Shown here one piece after another: positions 57,987 through 64,000 of a DNA stretch of 64,000 bases. Location: positions 21,390,001 through 21,454,000 of the forward strand of contig OZ024762.1 in assembly GCA_964016885.1 (NCBI GenBank), read 5' to 3'. Within the stretch, counting starts at the first letter, position 1, and each line of letters opens with the position of its first letter. The notes beneath the pieces were generated by a model. That model was given only the letters and a program-made list of their open reading frames with translations, made no database searches and was not told where the DNA came from. Made by a program: the position numbers and the translations under genes. This stretch comes from Eledone cirrhosa (taxonomy: Eukaryota).

Positions 57987-59768
57987 ATGGCCGAAGCTTC
58001 TTCACCAAAATTCGAAGGAGGAAAGGGGAAGATGAACTTACAGCTTCCCCCTGCCACTGTCACAGTAGCAGAGGTCAAGAAGATAGGTCAGCCAGAGGAA
58101 GAATTCTCTCCACCTGTTAACCGACAACTTGACGTTACCATGGCAACAACCCAAAGAACCAACAGCAACAACAACAACAATGCGACGGTAGAAAACAACA
58201 CCAATAACAATAACAATAACAACAACAAGACCAATAACGGTGACAACAACAACAATGATAACAACAACACCACCAACGACAACAACAACACAAACAAACA
58301 AAATTTCTCCTTCGCCGAGACGACAAGGAAAACCCTCGACTATCTGCCAGTAGATATAACAAAAGCGAAGGAGCTACTGGCGGATGCGAAAAAATATATA
58401 GTGTACGGGGAAAATGGTTCATTCACAATCCATTCCCCCCCGGAACTAAAAAGCCAGAGACTCCTAAACACGGTCATGTTTAGGACAATCTCGAACAAAA
58501 GTAAAAAACCAGCTCAACCATCACAGAGCGAGATAGAGCTGGTTTTAAAAGACGTCATGAAGGACATCACCTTCATTCAGAAGGATAGACTCTACGGGAG
58601 TCTATCCATTCTCATGAAGGACAGGGACACAGCAGTGAAACTGTCCATCAAACCAATCACATCCACCGCATACACCTTCTACCCTACGTACATGGGTAGA
58701 AGAACACAAAAAATAAAAATCCACACCATCCTGCCGATTATGGACATATGGTGGGTTTTGACAGGTTTTCTGGACCTGGAGGATGACATGCTGGTGTCCA
58801 TGGGAAAGGCATCGGGTGACGCGTTCAGTGGAACGAGCCTCGAACTTGTAGTTCAAATGAGGCCCGAAAGGATCGCCCAGATCCCTGAACGCGTCATACT
58901 GGATGATCTAACCTTCATCAACATTACCGTTGAGGGTAGACGGCCCTCGTGTTACCTCTGCGGAACCAGAGGTCACCTGAGGGCTGTCTGTCCCCAACTT
59001 AATAAGAAAACCCCAATCCTGCCTACACCACCAACAACTGCACAACCAACACAATCACCACAACAACCACTACAAAAACAACCACCACAGCTCAAACCAA
59101 AACAAAACAATGTCCAACCCATCCCCTCCACTCAAAAAACAAAAACAATTTCCAAAACACCCGTACCGCAAACACAACCCGAAAATATACCCCTCCCCTC
59201 CAACGCGGAAGATGACCCTAGTTCGTCGTCAGACGAGGAGGAGCACTTCCACACAATCAAAAGAAAAAAAAGAAAACACACCTCAGACACACAAATGAAA
59301 AAAACCCCTCCCCAAAACATAACACTGACACCAACACAAAAGAGCTCACAACAGCAAACAAAAAACACCACACAAAAACAAAAACATGCATACACATACA
59401 TAAATACAAGAAACAAAAAACTGTTAAACATTGTGTACAACAACAATCTAATAAAAACACAAGGGCCTAATTTCACCCAGGCAGGGGATTTCCCCCACCT
59501 CAAAATGATTAAGGCCCCACAGGACACCTATAAAACTTTAAAAAACAATTTTAAAGAGGACGTGGGTCCCCCCTGCGTCGGGCCCATTAACCGAGTCCTC
59601 CTAAAAAACTATCCCACCCCCTCCCCAAACACCCTCACAACTCCAAGCTCCCCAACCACACAACACACTGATGCCCCCACACTTCCACAAACCACCACCC
59701 CACCCAACAACCCATCCCCCACCCTAATGGAAATTGTGCAGCCCGATACCCGGGACGCAGAGAGGTAA
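57987..59768 (+). CDS. Tx1-like ORF1, gag-like nucleic-acid-binding protein (593 aa)
   Basis: CCHC zinc knuckle CYLCGTRGHLRAVC preceded by VEGRRPS; Asn-rich N-terminal tract; basic IKRKKRK; Pro/Thr/Gln-rich C-terminus; lies directly upstream of ORF2. Confidence 0.88.
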   Translation: MAEASSPKFEGGKGKMNLQLPPATVTVAEVKKIGQPEEEFSPPVNRQLDVTMATTQRTNSNNNNNATVENNTNNNNNNNNKTNNGDNNNNDNNNTTNDNNNTNKQNFSFAETTRKTLDYLPVDITKAKELLADAKKYIVYGENGSFTIHSPPELKSQRLLNTVMFRTISNKSKKPAQPSQSEIELVLKDVMKDITFIQKDRLYGSLSILMKDRDTAVKLSIKPITSTAYTFYPTYMGRRTQKIKIHTILPIMDIWWVLTGFLDLEDDMLVSMGKASGDAFSGTSLELVVQMRPERIAQIPERVILDDLTFINITVEGRRPSCYLCGTRGHLRAVCPQLNKKTPILPTPPTTAQPTQSPQQPLQKQPPQLKPKQNNVQPIPSTQKTKTISKTPVPQTQPENIPLPSNAEDDPSSSSDEEEHFHTIKRKKRKHTSDTQMKKTPPQNITLTPTQKSSQQQTKNTTQKQKHAYTYINTRNKKLLNIVYNNNLIKTQGPNFTQAGDFPHLKMIKAPQDTYKTLKNNFKEDVGPPCVGPINRVLLKNYPTPSPNTLTTPSSPTTQHTDAPTLPQTTTPPNNPSPTLMEIVQPDTRDAER

Positions 59769-59792
59769 GTGCCTTTTCTCTTCACCACCAAC

Positions 59793-62700
59793 ATGGCTAT
59801 GCTAAGAGTAGGCTGTTTAAATGCGCGTGGCCTGGGCTCAACTTGGAAGCAAGCAATGCTTCTAAATGACCTCAGGTCACAACGTATAGATGTGATGGTT
59901 ATTTGCGAGGCCCGGATCAGCAGCGTGCGACAGCTGGCCCCCACCTTTGATGACTTTGAGATGCACGCATCTCTCTGTCAGCCTGGAGGTGGGGGTGGAG
60001 TTGTCGTTCTGCTGCAAAAACATCTGGGTCTCGCAACACAGATGGTACATTTGGACCCGGAGGGTCGACTAGTGGTTCTGGACCTTGGCAGTGGTAAAGG
60101 CGGAGCGTTTAGGTTGGTAGCCGCCTACGGCCCTTTCGGGTCAATGCGGCCGGACTTCTTCCATCGTCTGGAGACTTTTCTAGGGACGTCCCGCTCCTTG
60201 CTATTAGTGGGGGACTGGAATGGTATCCTAGATGCACGTTGGGACTACGTAGGGGCCTGCCCCGATAGAGAGGGGTGTAATAGCCTCAAAGGGTTAATCG
60301 GTCGATTTGACCTGGCCGATAGATATCGACTAGATTTTCCGACTGCGCCAACCTGGACTTGGGCAAATCGTAGCGGATCATCTAGGTCGTACCTAGATAG
60401 GTTCTTAGTTAGAATTAAGGATAAGGAATTTTTAAGTTGTCCAAAAATGCGCATTGTTGGCTATTCAGACCACAAATTAGTGACCTGCATGGTCAACCTT
60501 GACAGAACTCATAGACAGGGCCCCGGTTACTGGAAGCTCAACTTGTCCTTGCCGGCAAGTAGAGCCTACAGGAATCGGATTAGTACGTTAGTTAAGGAAC
60601 GGTTGACTGGAGCGATCGTCAACAGCAGGTGGTGGGTATCTCTAAAGAGAGAGATTAGAGTAGTCTCGATAGAATTTAGTAAGGTTCTAGCTGCGGATAG
60701 GAATAGGAAGGAAAGGGAGCTAATAGATAGAGTAGAAGAGGCAATTAGAAGCGGCGACGTGGCCAGAGTGCTAGCGTCGAGAACGGCTTTGAGCCAGTTT
60801 TTCGACGCGAAGCACGAAGGCTGCGTTGTCCGAAGTAAAATACGTGCTCTAGGGAACGAGGGGACCAAAGCTGTTAGCTGGGCCCGCGTGACAGAGGCCA
60901 ACAGTGGAACTAAATCCACCATCCGGTCTTTGCGAGACCTGGATGGACGGGCGATTCTTGAGCCTAAGCAGATGTGTGAGGCCTTTCAAAGGCACTTTGC
61001 CCGACTGTTCGGGAGGGGCGGGGAGCCGGTTGGGAACGTGGACTTCGGTCCATACCTCGACGGCCTGCCGCGCCTCTCGGACAGGGAGGCGAAGTCCTGC
61101 GAGGAGCCGATTTCGGCCGCTGAGATAGAGGACGTGCTGAGCCAATGCGGCAAACGCAAATCCCCGGGTCTCGATGGTCTTCCTTACGAATTATATCTAG
61201 CTATGCCGGACTTGTTCCCCGATCTCCTCGAGGCGGTCTACTGCAACTGGCAACAGAACGGGAGAATTCCCTGTACTGTGACCAAGGGCGTAGTCACGCT
61301 AGTGAGGAAGGACGAGAACAAGGGGGACGAAATAAGTAACTTCAGGCCCATAACACTGCTAAATACAGAGTTACAGATTTTGGCCAAGGTGCTAGCAAAG
61401 AGGTTGGCGCTTGTCGTGGGCAACCTGGTGGGAGATGCGCAGACATGCGCTATCCCGTCCAGGTCCATCCATGACAACCTCCACCTCATGCGATACATCA
61501 TAGAGAGGGTTGGGAACGAACCCGGCTTTGGTGGGGCTCTGATCAACTTGGATCAATCTAAGGCGTTCGATAGGGTCGACCATGGTTACCTGGATGCGGT
61601 GCTAGCGGCGGCAGGCTTCGGACCCGTTTTCAGGGGCTGGATCACTGCTATGCACAGCAGCCGCATCTGCTCTAGGGTCAAGGTGAACGGCTACCTCTCG
61701 GAGCCGTTCAAAATCGCGCGGTCCATCCGACAAGGGTGCCCTCTCTCCTCCCTTCTGTATGTATTGACTCTCGAGCCACTACTGCGGAAGTTGGAGTTGT
61801 TGCAGGGCATCCCTTTGGAACCGGGATTGCGGAAAGCGGTGTCGGCCTACGCCGATGACGTGACAGTAATGGTGTCGACGGCCTCCGAAATCGAGGCGGT
61901 CGGCACCTTACTGGAGGAGTACGAAAAGTTCACAGGGGCTAAGCTGAACCGGGACAAGTCGATCGGTTTGCAACTCGGCACGTGGAGGGGCAGACCGATG
62001 CCCTCCGATAGCGTCGTCGGACGCTGGACGGAGGGCCCGGTGAAGTTGCTCGGGGTCTGGTTCGGACCGGACCTCCAGTTGGAGAAAAACTGGGCGGAGG
62101 TTACGAACAGAGTGTTTGCACTGACCCAGAAGTGGGCCAGTTGCAAACTATCCCTGAAAGGTCGGGCGGAGGTGGCGAACACCTACATAGCGTCCGTCAT
62201 CTACTACCGCCTGACCGTAGTGCCCTGCCCAAGGGAAACCCTCACCAAGATGGAGCGCGCGCTCTTCCAATTCCTTTGGAAGAGGCGGGCTCCTATGGTG
62301 AGGAGATCCATCTGCTGTCAACACCCTTCGAAAGGAGGGCTGGGGATGCCGTGGCTAATGATGCGTAAACACGCATTAAGGCTACGGCACCTCTACGTAT
62401 TCCTCACCGGACAACCGGTGTGGGCCTCGTTTGTGAGACGAACCTTTCCCAGACTCGTCTCACTCACCGAGCTGCAATCCTGGGTCAAGCAAAGACCGAG
62501 AAAACTGGGCGCCTGGCACACTGAGTGTGCCCAGGCGCTCACCGCCCTCTGGCAGGCGGATCCGGTTATCAGTGGAGACTCCACCGCAACATTCTATAGA
62601 GGGCTGGTACGCAGCAGGTGCGACGACGCCCTCGGAGAAGCCCTAGACATGGAGGAGGACGAACTGGCCAGCCTTTTCGGTAGGACATTTAGCCCGGGAC

Positions 62701-63230
62701 CTATGGACAACTTCCAGAAGTCCCTGGCCTGGCAGTGCTACCGAGGGGCTTTACCCGTTCGAGAAAGGCTCTACAGACACGGGCGCCCGGGTAGGGACCC
62801 CGCCAAAAAGATCTGTCCCAGATGCGTGTGCGACGAGGAAACCGTTGCACACGCATTAGTACACTGCTCGGGCGTAGCCGATCTGTGGGGCTATGTCGAA
62901 CAACTGCTGTCAAGGGTGGGACCGATCCGGTTGACCACCGAGTCTATTGTAATGATCAAGCCGCCTCCCCCCTTCAAAGATGAAGCAGAGGCGGTGTTTC
63001 TGTGCGTAATAGCCATGGCGAAAGAGGTTGTATGGTGGACGCGTCTGAAAGGACTGAGGTCGGGCACCTTTCTCTCTGGCCAACAACTGGTCCGTTTCTT
63101 CCGATATCATTTCGGAAGAAGGATCAGGATGGAGAGAGAGGTGCTGCACCCCAGCCGTTTCTATGAAAGATGGGTGAAAGTGGCGAGAATGGCCCGTGTG
63201 AATGGGCCTTCACTCTACATCAGACTATAG
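59793..63230 (+). CDS. Tx1-like ORF2: APE endonuclease + reverse transcriptase + C-terminal zinc finger
   Basis: APE motifs LNARGL, GDWN, TWTW, YLDRF, SDH, GPGYWKLN; RT motifs KSPGLDGLPYE, NFRPITLLN, LDQSKAFDRVDH, RQGCPLS, AYADD; CPRC..ETVAHALVHC. First ATG at 59793 (frame open from 59769). Confidence 0.95.
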   Translation: MAMLRVGCLNARGLGSTWKQAMLLNDLRSQRIDVMVICEARISSVRQLAPTFDDFEMHASLCQPGGGGGVVVLLQKHLGLATQMVHLDPEGRLVVLDLGSGKGGAFRLVAAYGPFGSMRPDFFHRLETFLGTSRSLLLVGDWNGILDARWDYVGACPDREGCNSLKGLIGRFDLADRYRLDFPTAPTWTWANRSGSSRSYLDRFLVRIKDKEFLSCPKMRIVGYSDHKLVTCMVNLDRTHRQGPGYWKLNLSLPASRAYRNRISTLVKERLTGAIVNSRWWVSLKREIRVVSIEFSKVLAADRNRKERELIDRVEEAIRSGDVARVLASRTALSQFFDAKHEGCVVRSKIRALGNEGTKAVSWARVTEANSGTKSTIRSLRDLDGRAILEPKQMCEAFQRHFARLFGRGGEPVGNVDFGPYLDGLPRLSDREAKSCEEPISAAEIEDVLSQCGKRKSPGLDGLPYELYLAMPDLFPDLLEAVYCNWQQNGRIPCTVTKGVVTLVRKDENKGDEISNFRPITLLNTELQILAKVLAKRLALVVGNLVGDAQTCAIPSRSIHDNLHLMRYIIERVGNEPGFGGALINLDQSKAFDRVDHGYLDAVLAAAGFGPVFRGWITAMHSSRICSRVKVNGYLSEPFKIARSIRQGCPLSSLLYVLTLEPLLRKLELLQGIPLEPGLRKAVSAYADDVTVMVSTASEIEAVGTLLEEYEKFTGAKLNRDKSIGLQLGTWRGRPMPSDSVVGRWTEGPVKLLGVWFGPDLQLEKNWAEVTNRVFALTQKWASCKLSLKGRAEVANTYIASVIYYRLTVVPCPRETLTKMERALFQFLWKRRAPMVRRSICCQHPSKGGLGMPWLMMRKHALRLRHLYVFLTGQPVWASFVRRTFPRLVSLTELQSWVKQRPRKLGAWHTECAQALTALWQADPVISGDSTATFYRGLVRSRCDDALGEALDMEEDELASLFGRTFSPGPMDNFQKSLAWQCYRGALPVRERLYRHGRPGRDPAKKICPRCVCDEETVAHALVHCSGVADLWGYVEQLLSRVGPIRLTTESIVMIKPPPPFKDEAEAVFLCVIAMAKEVVWWTRLKGLRSGTFLSGQQLVRFFRYHFGRRIRMEREVLHPSRFYERWVKVARMARVNGPSLYIRL

Positions 63231-63527
63231 GTGAGGAAGATGAAAGACCAAGGGAGCACCCCTTCTCTGTGCTCCTGAGGAGAAGGGTTGCACACTTTTT
63301 TCGGGGGTGTGTGCGACCCCCCAAGGCGCCTCCTCTCTATTGAGGATTTTGTTAAAAATTTTATTTTTTGTTATATCTTATTTTATTTTTATATTTTGTT
63401 ATTGCCTTCTCCTTATTGAGGACGCCTTTTTGTGTAAACTCCCCCCTTTGTACTTGTCCCACTTTTGATGCCCTAGTGGCAAATAAAAGAAATATATCTA
63501 TCTATCTATCTATCTCTGTCTCTGACT

Positions 63528-63558
<31 letters not shown>

Positions 63559-64000
63559 CACACACACACACATACACACACAGACACACACAGACACCCA
63601 CACACACAGTCAAACACCCACACCGGCTGTTGATAACAAACACTGTACGTTATCAATATATTAATTAAAATAATTATTAGTTTTTTATATTGACAGCAAT
63701 GTAAGTAAATCAATTGCCATTTATTTACTGCTGATGTATCTATTGAACCTACCGTTCTGTTACTTAGCGACATGATTGAATTAATTCATTATCTCTATAT
63801 ACACACACCTACACACACGCACACATATATATATATATATAGGTATATATATATATGTGTGTGTGTGTGAATATACTTACAGAGATATATATAGATATAT
63901 ATGCATATGTATGTACATACATATCTATATATATATATAGATGCATGTGTATATATATACATTTATATACATATATTTTATAAATATATATATAGGTATA

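Larger units (their letters stand above)
57781..63492 (+). mobile_element. Full-length Tx1-like (L1 clade) non-LTR retrotransposon
   Basis: 5' UTR, two uninterrupted ORFs, 3' UTR ending AATAAAAGAAA. Flanked by near-identical ATCTATCTATCTATCT(A)ATCTCTG (57758-57780 and 63496-63518), a probable TSD. Confidence 0.92.

Noticed and set aside
60245-63149. Antisense and alternative-frame ORFs within Tx1 ORF2
   Set aside because: Expected shadows of a GC-rich coding sequence.

Overview
Gene-free, very AT-rich animal genomic DNA (intergenic or intronic). The SINE and microsatellite content is typical of octopus, which is an inference. Most listed ORFs are translations of (TA)n/(CA)n/(GA)n repeats. 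Real coding content: an apparently intact ~5.7 kb Tx1/L1-type non-LTR retrotransposon (ORF1 57987-59768, ORF2 to 63230) and a 5'-truncated, 5'-inverted RTE-type LINE (884-2283). There are also many tRNA-derived SINEs, two Helitron-like elements and several minisatellites. Main non-obvious signals: (1) about 14 type-I hammerhead ribozyme motifs from ~9 unrelated short repeat families, sitting in (TA)n tracts, often as inverted (fold-back) copies and with compensatory base changes between copies, consistent with Penelope-like element pLTR remnants or retrozyme-like elements; (2) a Tx1 family inserted five times at (ATCT)n repeats, with a covarying structured/pseudoknotted 3' UTR. All structures were folded by eye and no database searches were run.
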